A stretch of DNA of 12,765 nt, taken from the IMG/VR virus record IMGVR_UViG_2721755658_000004. One strand, written 5' to 3'. This document shows positions 1 to 9,693 of this stretch, one piece after another; positions within the stretch are counted from its first letter, which is position 1; every line of letters begins with the position of its first letter. Origin of the DNA: a virus (taxonomy: Duplodnaviria > Heunggongvirae > Uroviricota > Caudoviricetes). The position numbers and the translations under genes were made by a program. Below the pieces are notes generated by a model. That model searched no databases. It saw only the letters and a list, made by a program, of their open reading frames with translations, and was not told the origin of the DNA.

Positions 1-378
1 ATGGACGAACAGTGGGGATACGTCGGGGCTAAATCGCGCCAGCGCTGGCTGTTTTACGCGTATGACAGGCTCCGGAAGACGGTTGTTGCGCACGTATTCG
101 GTGAACGCACTATGGCGACGCTGGGGCGTCTTATGAGCCTGCTGTCACCCTTTGACGTGGTGATATGGATGACGGATGGCTGGCCGCTGTATGAATCCCG
201 CCTGAAGGGAAAGCTGCACGTAATCAGCAAGCGATATACGCAGCGAATTGAGCGGCATAACCTGAATCTGAGGCAGCACCTGGCACGGCTGGGACGGAAG
301 TCGCTGTCGTTCTCAAAATCGGTGGAGCTGCATGACAAAGTCATCGGGCATTATCTGAACATAAAACACTATCAATAA
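1..378 (+). CDS. insB: IS1 transposase InsB, C-terminal 125 aa (window begins at an internal Met; N-terminal part lies upstream of the window)
   Basis: Translation [24 protein letters not shown]... is identical to residues 43-167 of the InsB ORF of the complete IS1 copy at 8859-9362. Confidence 0.8.
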   Translation: MDEQWGYVGAKSRQRWLFYAYDRLRKTVVAHVFGERTMATLGRLMSLLSPFDVVIWMTDGWPLYESRLKGKLHVISKRYTQRIERHNLNLRQHLARLGRKSLSFSKSVELHDKVIGHYLNIKHYQ

Positions 379-393
379 GTTGGAGTCATTACC
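1..393 (+). mobile_element. IS1, partial (3' 393 bp including the right terminal inverted repeat ...GGAGTCATTACC ending at 393); element continues upstream of the window
   Basis: Sequence 1-393 is the exact reverse complement counterpart of the insB-distal end of the complete IS1 at 8844-9236; terminal sequence ttggagtcattacc at 380-393. Confidence 0.85.
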
Positions 394-548
394 CAGAAAT
401 AGTTGCAATTCATAATTGATCATGGGTTGTCAGTTAAACTCGTGGCGATTTAAATAGACTAATTGGGAGTGCGTCCATTACTTATATCTTGTAATGTTAA
501 CTATCAGAAATGATACAAAGATAATATGTCTTTAAAGAAAAGGCTGAT

Positions 549-575
549 GGCGAAAAGTGGCCCGATGAGGGCCAC
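549..575 (-). terminator. Putative intrinsic terminator of the flxA-like gene (7-bp GC-rich stem GTGGCCC/GGGCCAC, 5-nt loop, then TTTTCGCC on the - strand)
   Basis: Hairpin 557-575 lies 15 nt downstream of the stop codon at 590-592; the U-tract is short (4 U). Confidence 0.4.
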
Positions 576-589
576 AATACGGCTGTCAC

Positions 590-922
590 TTAGACGTAAA
601 TATCAATGGTGCCAGCGGTATTTGTATCGTCTTTTTTCTCTTCTTTTTTATCAGGCTGAACTGTCGCGTCTTCATTCTTTTTCTCTGCCTGCTGCCTTAA
701 CAACTGCTCCAGTTGAGCCCTGAGGCTTTCAATTTGCTTCTGTACCAATGCAGCCATTTCTTTTTTCTGCTGTGTCGTCATCCCCTCTTCCGATGAGATT
801 TTCCCAAGCTTTTCAGTCAGCACCTGAATTTGTCTTGTGATTTTGGCTATTTCTGATGTTCCTTCCGGGGCGGAGTTGTTTGAAATAACGGTTGAGGTAT
901 TTCCCTGAATTGTGACAGACAT
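590..922 (-). CDS. flxA: FlxA-like protein, 110 aa, Lys/Glu-rich with predicted coiled coil
   Basis: ORF with strong RBS (AAAAGGAGAAATCT-ATG); translation MSVTIQGNTSTVISNN...TIDIYV matches my recollection of E. coli FlxA (Qin prophage, FliA-dependent); a sigma-28-like promoter sits immediately upstream. Identity is from memory, not a search. Confidence 0.6.
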   Translation of the reverse strand: MSVTIQGNTSTVISNNSAPEGTSEIAKITRQIQVLTEKLGKISSEEGMTTQQKKEMAALVQKQIESLRAQLEQLLRQQAEKKNEDATVQPDKKEEKKDDTNTAGTIDIYV

Positions 923-945
923 AGATTTCTCCTTTTAAAAAAGCA

Positions 946-972
946 CTATCGACATGCACAAAAAAATCTTTA
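946..972 (-). promoter_or_regulatory. Sigma-28 (FliA)-type promoter: -35 TAAAGATT, 11-nt spacer, -10 GTCGATAG (consensus TAAAGTTT-N11-GCCGATAA)
   Basis: Read on the - strand: TAAAGATT-tttttgtgcat-GTCGATAG, about 23 nt upstream of the flxA-like ATG; 7/8 and 6/8 matches to consensus with the correct spacer. Confidence 0.5.
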
Positions 973-1480
973 ATCGTATTTCTTGTGTCATTAATTGTTT
1001 GATGTTCAGATTGTTTTCCTCGCGGGCTGGCGCGCCTCAGAAAGTAAAGCTTGTTGACAGGGGTAAACGTTCGGCAATAATTTTCTGCCGCATGCGGGTG
1101 TTGCATAAAACGTGCTACGTTCCTTTATCGACAGGTCAGGTCACCGCTCACCCGCCGACGAGAAAGCAACACTGACATGCTAAAGCAAAAAATAGATGAA
1201 TAAGTTGAGTTGTGCATATGTAGCCTGACCGTCACAAAGTATATGGTGTCTGTACCAGTAAGATGATGGCCGGACTCTTTAAAAACGAGCTGACCTGCAC
1301 AATACAGGATGGACTTAGCAATGGCTGCTCCTGGCACATAGCAGACCAGAGACACTGGCGTAAAGCCATGGAGGATCGGTGGGAGGAGGTAAAAATCCTC
1401 TCATGCAAAAAATACGCAAAATCGATAACAGTTGGAAATAATTCAATACTCGCACTATCGGAAGTTCACCAGCCAGTCGT

Positions 1481-1525
1481 AGCACGTTCTTGCATATGAC
1501 GTGGCTACGGGTTTCGAGACCGACC
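1481..1525. repeat. Imperfect direct repeat A (about 45 bp), partner of 2502-2551; resembles the 3' end and 3' flank of the pin gene
   Basis: agcacg-ttcttgcata-tgacgtg-gctacgg-gtttc...ccgacc versus agcacg-atcttcttgcata-cgacgtg-ctacgg-tttc...ccgacc; hand alignment only (roughly 85-90% identity over the ~35-bp core, with one 3-nt indel). Confidence 0.5.
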
Positions 1526-1605
1526 CGATCATCAAACGAAACATAAAATTAGCTCACATTATGAGGAAAGGTATCTTTTTGCGCTATGTAAATTCAAAGG
1601 GTTAG

Positions 1606-2475
<870 letters not shown>

Positions 2476-2501
2476 GTCTTTAAGTGATAAGCATAAACCG
2501 C

Positions 2502-2551
2502 AGCACGATCTTCTTGCATACGACGTGCTACGGTTTCATTTATCTCCGACC
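2502..2551. repeat. Imperfect direct repeat B (about 50 bp), partner of 1481-1525; overlaps the last codons and 3' flank of pin and contains a dyad AGCACG...CGTGCT
   Basis: See repeat A; 2536-2551 encodes the pin C-terminus (..PVGDK*). Confidence 0.5.
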
Positions 2552-3090
2552 GGAAACTTCTTATACAGTGTCGATATACCAACATCATAGATGATCGCCA
2601 CCTTCTGGCGAGGAACGCCTGATGCAATTAATCGCCCGGCCTGCGCCCATTGTTCTGGTGTAAGTTTGGGACGACGTCCACCAATTCGTCCCTGTGCGCG
2701 AGCAGCTTCCAGTCCAGCTTTTGTTCGTTCAACAATCAGTTCTCGTTCCATTTCAGCCAAGGCCCCCATCACATGAAAGAAAAAACGCCCCATTGGTGTG
2801 CTGGTATCAATTGAATCCGTCAGACTACGAAAGTTGATGCCTCGTTCGCGCAACTCCTCCACCAACACGACAAGATGCCGCATACTACGCCCCAGTCGGT
2901 CCAGCTTCCAGACAACCAGAGTGTCACCTGCCGATAATGTCCTGAGCAGTTTTTTCAGTCCCGGCCTTTCGGACTTTGTGCCGCTTATCTTGTCTTCAAA
3001 AATCAGCTCGCATCCTGCACAGTTCAGCGCATTACGTTGTAGATCTGTGTTCTGGTCATTTGTTGATACGCGTACATAGCCAATAAGCAT
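2536..3090 (-). CDS. pin: Serine-recombinase DNA invertase, Pin/Gin/Cin/Hin family, 184 aa
   Basis: Translation from the ATG at 3090 begins MLIGYVRVSTNDQNTDLQ (catalytic Ser in the RVST motif) and ends in an HTH region (GRPPKL...IYDVGISTLYKK); closely resembles my recollection of e14 PinE. The upstream in-frame ATG at 3126 was rejected because family members start at MLIGYVRVS. Confidence 0.85.
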   Translation of the reverse strand: MLIGYVRVSTNDQNTDLQRNALNCAGCELIFEDKISGTKSERPGLKKLLRTLSAGDTLVVWKLDRLGRSMRHLVVLVEELRERGINFRSLTDSIDTSTPMGRFFFHVMGALAEMERELIVERTKAGLEAARAQGRIGGRRPKLTPEQWAQAGRLIASGVPRQKVAIIYDVGISTLYKKFPVGDK

Positions 3091-3116
3091 GGTAGATCCC
3101 CCTGACAAAAGCAGGA

Positions 3117-3509
3117 ATGATGCCATTTGCTCGTTATTTCTGCATTTTCATAAACGTTGGTTTGGGAGAAGCGGCTAAAAGGAATGTAGGGACAGGGGCG
3201 AATCAGATACCTGATATGGGTAGCTTCACGCTTTCTGTTTCAGGTACTGGATATCAAAAATTACCATCAGGTTTTATTCTTCAGTGGGGCTCAATCGGCG
3301 CACCAGGCATTGCACAGGATGTAGTAACCCATTTCCCGATTGCATTTCCAAACAGATGTCTGCGTGTTTTGGTCTCACAAGACTACACACCAGATAGCGG
3401 GGCTGTTGGTTATATTGCCTGTGCAGGTTTTAGTCCCGACCCGGTTAAATTTATATCCAGAGCCAGTACTCCTGGCCTCGGCGCTTCATTTTTAGCGTTA
3501 GGCTGTTAA
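3117..3509 (+). CDS. Tail-fibre protein C-terminal variable segment (fragment; N-terminal constant part would be supplied across the crossover site), 130 aa as an ORF
   Basis: Divergent from pin, contains the crossover site, and is followed by a tail-fibre assembly gene; [13 protein letters not shown]-type motif typical of fibre C-termini. Probably not an autonomous gene. Confidence 0.5.
   Translation: MMPFARYFCIFINVGLGEAAKRNVGTGANQIPDMGSFTLSVSGTGYQKLPSGFILQWGSIGAPGIAQDVVTHFPIAFPNRCLRVLVSQDYTPDSGAVGYIACAGFSPDPVKFISRASTPGLGASFLALGC
3145..3170. other. gix/pix-like 26-bp invertase crossover site (TTTTCATAAACG-TT-GGTTTGGGAGAA; half-sites TTTTCATAAACG and TTCTCCCAAACC around a central TT/AA)
   Basis: Imperfect dyad 55 bp upstream of the pin start and inside the 5' end of the tail-fibre variable ORF, as for gix in the Mu S gene; fits the TTxTCxxAAACC half-site pattern of the Hin/Gin/Cin/Pin family. 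Confidence 0.55.
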
Positions 3510-3530
3510 TTTAGCTATATGGAGTGAAAA

Positions 3531-3971
3531 ATGAATTACATATATTCCGCGACTACAAACTCTTTCTATCCGCTGGAGATGAAAGAGGATTACACTCAAG
3601 CTGACTCATGGCCAGATGATGCTGTTGAAGTTGATGAGCAAGTGTATATTAAGTTTTCCGGATTACCGCCGAAAGGAAAAATCCGTATCGCTGGAGAAAA
3701 TGGTTTTCCTGCATGGTCTGAAATTCCACCACCAACACATGAGGAACAGATTGCTGCAGCCGAACTGGAAAAGCAGCAACTGATTAATCAGGCCAACGAT
3801 TATATGAACAGTAAACAATGGCCTGGTAAAGCGGCTATTGGCCGGCTGAAAGGTGAGGAACTGGCGCAATATAATTTGTGGCTGGATTATCTGGACGCAC
3901 TGGAACTGGTCGATACTTCCGGTGCGCCAGATATTGAATGGCCTACGCCTCCGGCAGTTCAGGCCAGATGA
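3531..3971 (+). CDS. Tail-fibre assembly protein (Tfa/U family), 146 aa
   Basis: RBS GGAGTG 6 nt before the ATG; C-terminal region (LWLDYLDALELVDTSGAPDIEWPTPP) characteristic of Tfa chaperones; position immediately after the fibre variable segment. Confidence 0.7.
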   Translation: MNYIYSATTNSFYPLEMKEDYTQADSWPDDAVEVDEQVYIKFSGLPPKGKIRIAGENGFPAWSEIPPPTHEEQIAAAELEKQQLINQANDYMNSKQWPGKAAIGRLKGEELAQYNLWLDYLDALELVDTSGAPDIEWPTPPAVQAR

Positions 3972-4548
3972 CATCCGGCGCGGTGCTGGTATCTGTTGCC
4001 GTCACCGCGTCAATGTAATCCAGCGCAGCGTTAAGTCGGGCGGTTTCTGCCTGCGTCAGATTCCGTCCGGCCTGCAATTTCAGCTGAATCAGACTAATGG
4101 AAGCCATTGCAGTATCAATCAGTGACTGACGCTGTGCTTCTGCCGCGCCTACTGCGGCGCTATGCTGTGCCACAGTATCTGTTACCCATTTCTCACCATC
4201 CCATTCATCGTATGGCGTTAACGGGGCGATAGTGGTTGTATTTTCAGGATAATCACCCGGAGCTGTGATTTCTTTCGATTCTCCTGTTTCGGTGCTATAG
4301 ATGATTTCACCGCGATGGTCTGACACATATTCCCATGAGTTTAAATCTGCCGAACGGCAGATTGCATAACCAGCCTTATGTGTGCCAGGAGCATCTAAAC
4401 AGGAATATGCAGGGATACCGACACCCACAGCAAGATATTCAGTTGATGCAGAAATATACTCCCGTGTCTCACTGTCATAGTTATAAACGGTAATCTCTCC
4501 TGCCTTTGTGGCAATAAATTTACTATTCAAGATGGCGTTATACATCAT
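3943..4548 (-). CDS. Tail-fibre assembly protein (Tfa/U' family), 201 aa, convergent with and overlapping the previous tfa by 29 bp
   Basis: Starts MMYNAILNSKF with RBS GTGAGGG; shares the C-terminal Tfa signature (LDYIDAVTATDTSTAPDVIWPELP); the convergent pair matches the U/U' arrangement of invertible G/P segments. Confidence 0.7.
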   Translation of the reverse strand: MMYNAILNSKFIATKAGEITVYNYDSETREYISASTEYLAVGVGIPAYSCLDAPGTHKAGYAICRSADLNSWEYVSDHRGEIIYSTETGESKEITAPGDYPENTTTIAPLTPYDEWDGEKWVTDTVAQHSAAVGAAEAQRQSLIDTAMASISLIQLKLQAGRNLTQAETARLNAALDYIDAVTATDTSTAPDVIWPELPEA

Positions 4549-4776
4549 GCAGCCCTCACAATGTAATTAAATGAAATATTACGTGGCCGTGTCTCTGCTG
4601 CACCGACAATACTGGGGTACCCAGAAATAGTTGCAATTCATAATTGATCATGGGTTGTCAGTTAAACTCGTGGCGATTTAAATAGACTAATTGGGAGTGC
4701 GTCCATTACTTATATCTTGTAATGTTAACTATCAGAAATGATACAAAGATAATATGTCTTTAAAGAAAAGGCTGAT

Positions 4777-4803
4777 GGCGAAAAGTGGCCCGATGAGGGC
4801 CAC
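4777..4803 (-). terminator. Putative intrinsic terminator of the flxA-like gene (copy 2)
   Basis: Duplicate of 549-575 at +4228. Confidence 0.4.
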
Positions 4804-4817
4804 AATACGGCTGTCAC

Positions 4818-5150
4818 TTAGACGTAAATATCAATGGTGCCAGCGGTATTTGTATCGTCTTTTTTCTCTTCTTTTTTATCAGGCTGAACTGTCGCGTCTT
4901 CATTCTTTTTCTCTGCCTGCTGCCTTAACAACTGCTCCAGTTGAGCCCTGAGGCTTTCAATTTGCTTCTGTACCAATGCAGCCATTTCTTTTTTCTGCTG
5001 TGTCGTCATCCCCTCTTCCGATGAGATTTTCCCAAGCTTTTCAGTCAGCACCTGAATTTGTCTTGTGATTTTGGCTATTTCTGATGTTCCTTCCGGGGCG
5101 GAGTTGTTTGAAATAACGGTTGAGGTATTTCCCTGAATTGTGACAGACAT
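4818..5150 (-). CDS. flxA: FlxA-like protein, 110 aa (copy 2)
   Basis: Translation identical to 590-922. Confidence 0.6.
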   Translation of the reverse strand: MSVTIQGNTSTVISNNSAPEGTSEIAKITRQIQVLTEKLGKISSEEGMTTQQKKEMAALVQKQIESLRAQLEQLLRQQAEKKNEDATVQPDKKEEKKDDTNTAGTIDIYV

Positions 5151-5173
5151 AGATTTCTCCTTTTAAAAAAGCA

Positions 5174-5200
5174 CTATCGACATGCACAAAAAAATCTTTA
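5174..5200 (-). promoter_or_regulatory. Sigma-28 (FliA)-type promoter (copy 2)
   Basis: Duplicate of 946-972 at +4228. Confidence 0.5.
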
Positions 5201-5708
5201 ATCGTATTTCTTGTGTCATTAATTGTTTGATGTTCAGATTGTTTTCCTCGCGGGCTGGCGCGCCTCAGAAAGTAAAGCTTGTTGACAGGGGTAAACGTTC
5301 GGCAATAATTTTCTGCCGCATGCGGGTGTTGCATAAAACGTGCTACGTTCCTTTATCGACAGGTCAGGTCACCGCTCACCCGCCGACGAGAAAGCAACAC
5401 TGACATGCTAAAGCAAAAAATAGATGAATAAGTTGAGTTGTGCATATGTAGCCTGACCGTCACAAAGTATATGGTGTCTGTACCAGTAAGATGATGGCCG
5501 GACTCTTTAAAAACGAGCTGACCTGCACAATACAGGATGGACTTAGCAATGGCTGCTCCTGGCACATAGCAGACCAGAGACACTGGCGTAAAGCCATGGA
5601 GGATCGGTGGGAGGAGGTAAAAATCCTCTCATGCAAAAAATACGCAAAATCGATAACAGTTGGAAATAATTCAATACTCGCACTATCGGAAGTTCACCAG
5701 CCAGTCGT

Positions 5709-5753
5709 AGCACGTTCTTGCATATGACGTGGCTACGGGTTTCGAGACCGACC
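5709..5753. repeat. Imperfect direct repeat A (copy 2)
   Basis: Duplicate of 1481-1525 at +4228. Confidence 0.5.
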
Positions 5754-5833
5754 CGATCATCAAACGAAACATAAAATTAGCTCACATTATGAGGAAAGGT
5801 ATCTTTTTGCGCTATGTAAATTCAAAGGGTTAG

Positions 5834-6703
<870 letters not shown>

Positions 6704-6729
6704 GTCTTTAAGTGATAAGCATAAACCGC

Positions 6730-6779
6730 AGCACGATCTTCTTGCATACGACGTGCTACGGTTTCATTTATCTCCGACC
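6730..6779. repeat. Imperfect direct repeat B (copy 2)
   Basis: Duplicate of 2502-2551 at +4228. Confidence 0.5.
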
Positions 6780-7318
6780 GGAAACTTCTTATACAGTGTC
6801 GATATACCAACATCATAGATGATCGCCACCTTCTGGCGAGGAACGCCTGATGCAATTAATCGCCCGGCCTGCGCCCATTGTTCTGGTGTAAGTTTGGGAC
6901 GACGTCCACCAATTCGTCCCTGTGCGCGAGCAGCTTCCAGTCCAGCTTTTGTTCGTTCAACAATCAGTTCTCGTTCCATTTCAGCCAAGGCCCCCATCAC
7001 ATGAAAGAAAAAACGCCCCATTGGTGTGCTGGTATCAATTGAATCCGTCAGACTACGAAAGTTGATGCCTCGTTCGCGCAACTCCTCCACCAACACGACA
7101 AGATGCCGCATACTACGCCCCAGTCGGTCCAGCTTCCAGACAACCAGAGTGTCACCTGCCGATAATGTCCTGAGCAGTTTTTTCAGTCCCGGCCTTTCGG
7201 ACTTTGTGCCGCTTATCTTGTCTTCAAAAATCAGCTCGCATCCTGCACAGTTCAGCGCATTACGTTGTAGATCTGTGTTCTGGTCATTTGTTGATACGCG
7301 TACATAGCCAATAAGCAT
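6764..7318 (-). CDS. pin: Serine-recombinase DNA invertase, Pin/Gin family (copy 2)
   Basis: Translation identical to 2536-3090. Confidence 0.85.
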   Translation of the reverse strand: MLIGYVRVSTNDQNTDLQRNALNCAGCELIFEDKISGTKSERPGLKKLLRTLSAGDTLVVWKLDRLGRSMRHLVVLVEELRERGINFRSLTDSIDTSTPMGRFFFHVMGALAEMERELIVERTKAGLEAARAQGRIGGRRPKLTPEQWAQAGRLIASGVPRQKVAIIYDVGISTLYKKFPVGDK

Positions 7319-7344
7319 GGTAGATCCCCCTGACAAAAGCAGGA

Positions 7345-7737
7345 ATGATGCCATTTGCTCGTTATTTCTGCATTTTCATAAACGTTGGTTTGGGAGAAGC
7401 GGCTAAAAGGAATGTAGGGACAGGGGCGAATCAGATACCTGATATGGGTAGCTTCACGCTTTCTGTTTCAGGTACTGGATATCAAAAATTACCATCAGGT
7501 TTTATTCTTCAGTGGGGCTCAATCGGCGCACCAGGCATTGCACAGGATGTAGTAACCCATTTCCCGATTGCATTTCCAAACAGATGTCTGCGTGTTTTGG
7601 TCTCACAAGACTACACACCAGATAGCGGGGCTGTTGGTTATATTGCCTGTGCAGGTTTTAGTCCCGACCCGGTTAAATTTATATCCAGAGCCAGTACTCC
7701 TGGCCTCGGCGCTTCATTTTTAGCGTTAGGCTGTTAA
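7345..7737 (+). CDS. Tail-fibre protein C-terminal variable segment (fragment; copy 2)
   Basis: Translation identical to 3117-3509. Confidence 0.5.
   Translation: MMPFARYFCIFINVGLGEAAKRNVGTGANQIPDMGSFTLSVSGTGYQKLPSGFILQWGSIGAPGIAQDVVTHFPIAFPNRCLRVLVSQDYTPDSGAVGYIACAGFSPDPVKFISRASTPGLGASFLALGC
7373..7398. other. gix/pix-like crossover site (copy 2)
   Basis: Duplicate of 3145-3170; sequence re-read at 7373-7398. Confidence 0.55.
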
Positions 7738-7758
7738 TTTAGCTATATGGAGTGAAAA

Positions 7759-8199
7759 ATGAATTACATATATTCCGCGACTACAAACTCTTTCTATCCG
7801 CTGGAGATGAAAGAGGATTACACTCAAGCTGACTCATGGCCAGATGATGCTGTTGAAGTTGATGAGCAAGTGTATATTAAGTTTTCCGGATTACCGCCGA
7901 AAGGAAAAATCCGTATCGCTGGAGAAAATGGTTTTCCTGCATGGTCTGAAATTCCACCACCAACACATGAGGAACAGATTGCTGCAGCCGAACTGGAAAA
8001 GCAGCAACTGATTAATCAGGCCAACGATTATATGAACAGTAAACAATGGCCTGGTAAAGCGGCTATTGGCCGGCTGAAAGGTGAGGAACTGGCGCAATAT
8101 AATTTGTGGCTGGATTATCTGGACGCACTGGAACTGGTCGATACTTCCGGTGCGCCAGATATTGAATGGCCTACGCCTCCGGCAGTTCAGGCCAGATGA
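7759..8199 (+). CDS. Tail-fibre assembly protein (copy 2)
   Basis: Translation identical to 3531-3971. Confidence 0.7.
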   Translation: MNYIYSATTNSFYPLEMKEDYTQADSWPDDAVEVDEQVYIKFSGLPPKGKIRIAGENGFPAWSEIPPPTHEEQIAAAELEKQQLINQANDYMNSKQWPGKAAIGRLKGEELAQYNLWLDYLDALELVDTSGAPDIEWPTPPAVQAR

Positions 8200-8776
8200 C
8201 ATCCGGCGCGGTGCTGGTATCTGTTGCCGTCACCGCGTCAATGTAATCCAGCGCAGCGTTAAGTCGGGCGGTTTCTGCCTGCGTCAGATTCCGTCCGGCC
8301 TGCAATTTCAGCTGAATCAGACTAATGGAAGCCATTGCAGTATCAATCAGTGACTGACGCTGTGCTTCTGCCGCGCCTACTGCGGCGCTATGCTGTGCCA
8401 CAGTATCTGTTACCCATTTCTCACCATCCCATTCATCGTATGGCGTTAACGGGGCGATAGTGGTTGTATTTTCAGGATAATCACCCGGAGCTGTGATTTC
8501 TTTCGATTCTCCTGTTTCGGTGCTATAGATGATTTCACCGCGATGGTCTGACACATATTCCCATGAGTTTAAATCTGCCGAACGGCAGATTGCATAACCA
8601 GCCTTATGTGTGCCAGGAGCATCTAAACAGGAATATGCAGGGATACCGACACCCACAGCAAGATATTCAGTTGATGCAGAAATATACTCCCGTGTCTCAC
8701 TGTCATAGTTATAAACGGTAATCTCTCCTGCCTTTGTGGCAATAAATTTACTATTCAAGATGGCGTTATACATCAT
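8171..8776 (-). CDS. Tail-fibre assembly protein (copy 2)
   Basis: Translation identical to 3943-4548. Confidence 0.7.
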   Translation of the reverse strand: MMYNAILNSKFIATKAGEITVYNYDSETREYISASTEYLAVGVGIPAYSCLDAPGTHKAGYAICRSADLNSWEYVSDHRGEIIYSTETGESKEITAPGDYPENTTTIAPLTPYDEWDGEKWVTDTVAQHSAAVGAAEAQRQSLIDTAMASISLIQLKLQAGRNLTQAETARLNAALDYIDAVTATDTSTAPDVIWPELPEA

Positions 8777-8843
8777 GCAGCCCTCACAATGTAATTAAAT
8801 GAAATATTACGTGGCCGTGTCTCTGCTGCACCGACAATACTGG
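8773..8843 (-). pseudogene. 3' remnant (about 23 codons) of a tail-fibre gene, truncated by IS1; its TGA stop overlaps the tfa ATG (ATGA)
   Basis: The - strand frame ...PSIVGAAETRPRNISFNYIVRAA* runs open up to the IS1 boundary at 8844; the equivalent remnant in copy 1 (4545-4617) abuts the duplication junction. Confidence 0.3.
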
Positions 8844-8858
8844 GGTAATGACTCCAAC

Positions 8859-9362
8859 TTATTGATAGTGTTTTATGTTCAGATAATGCCCGATGACTTT
8901 GTCATGCAGCTCCACCGATTTTGAGAACGACAGCGACTTCCGTCCCAGCCGTGCCAGGTGCTGCCTCAGATTCAGGTTATGCCGCTCAATTCGCTGCGTA
9001 TATCGCTTGCTGATTACGTGCAGCTTTCCCTTCAGGCGGGATTCATACAGCGGCCAGCCATCCGTCATCCATATCACCACGTCAAAGGGTGACAGCAGGC
9101 TCATAAGACGCCCCAGCGTCGCCATAGTGCGTTCACCGAATACGTGCGCAACAACCGTCTTCCGGAGCCTGTCATACGCGTAAAACAGCCAGCGCTGGCG
9201 CGATTTAGCCCCGACGTATCCCCACTGTTCGTCCATTTCCGCGCAGACGATGACGTCACTGCCCGGCTGTATGCGCGAGGTTACCGACTGCGGCCTGAGT
9301 TTTTTAAGTGACGTAAAATCGTGTTGAGGCCAACGCCCATAATGCGGGCTGTTGCCCGGCAT
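8859..9362 (-). CDS. insB: IS1 transposase InsB (ORF as in track; expressed as InsAB' fusion by -1 frameshift)
   Basis: Translation [49 protein letters not shown]... is canonical IS1 InsB. Confidence 0.85.
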
Positions 9363-9556
9363 CCAACGCCATTCATGGCCATATCAATGATTTTCTGGTG
9401 CGTACCGGGTTGAGAAGCGGTGTAAGTGAACTGCAGTTGCCATGTTTTACGGCAGTGAGAGCAGAGATAGCGCTGATGTCCGGCGGTGCTTTTGCCGTTA
9501 CGCACCACCCCGTCAGTAGCTGAACAGGAGGGACAGCTGATAGAAACAGAAGCCAC
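9281..9556 (-). CDS. insA: IS1 protein InsA (transposition inhibitor / N-terminal part of transposase), 91 aa
   Basis: Translation [43 protein letters not shown]... is canonical IS1 InsA with zinc-finger cysteines. Confidence 0.9.
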
Positions 9557-9693
9557 TGGAGCACCTCAAAAACACCATCATACACTAAATCAGTAAGTTG
9601 GCAGCATCACCTTAATTTTCATCAATCCATTTAACTATCGTTTAATTGTTGTCACATAGGATTCTGCCGTTTTTAACAATGCAGGATAATAAG

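Larger units (their letters stand above)
8844..9611 (-). mobile_element. IS1, complete (768 bp), insA/insB on the - strand
   Basis: Termini GGTAATGACTCCAACTTATTGATAGTG (8844...) and ...GTAAGTTGGCAGCATCACC (ends 9611); contains insA, insB and the A6C frameshift motif (gagttttttaa at 9297-9307). Flanks caatactgg versus ttaattttc show no 8-9 bp target-site duplication. Confidence 0.9.

Noticed and set aside
526-1175. ORFs 526-723 (+), 813-1106 (-) and 954-1175 (+), with duplicates at +4228
   Set aside because: They overlap the flxA-like gene or its promoter on the opposite strand or out of frame, have no RBS and low-complexity translations; judged spurious.
1263-1499. 78-aa ORF (+) upstream of the GIY-YIG gene, and the overlapping 76-aa ORF 1125-1355 (-)
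   Set aside because: No Shine-Dalgarno sequence and no recognisable motifs; the 3' end runs into repeat A. Kept only as part of the gene-poor region finding.
2591-3079. ORFs 2591-2776 (+) and 2798-3079 (+) inside pin, and 3663-3974 (-) / 3853-4125 (+) inside the tfa genes (plus duplicates)
   Set aside because: Antisense or alternate-frame ORFs within well-supported genes; Arg/Ser/Pro-rich translations typical of noncoding frames.
3091-3126. Longer Pin N-terminus starting at ATG 3126 ([17 protein letters not shown]...)
   Set aside because: Invertases of this family start at MLIGYVRVS; the extension would cover the region upstream of the crossover site.
8893-9585. ORFs 8893-9183 (+) and 9373-9585 (-) within IS1, and 54-344 (-) within the partial IS1
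   Set aside because: Antisense or alternate frames of insA/insB; known IS1 has only insA and insB (with the InsAB' frameshift product).
9646-9693. Upstream start for bor (MLSHRILPFLTMQDNK...)
   Set aside because: The lipoprotein signal peptide and RBS place the start at 9694 (MKKMLF...); the extension has no support.
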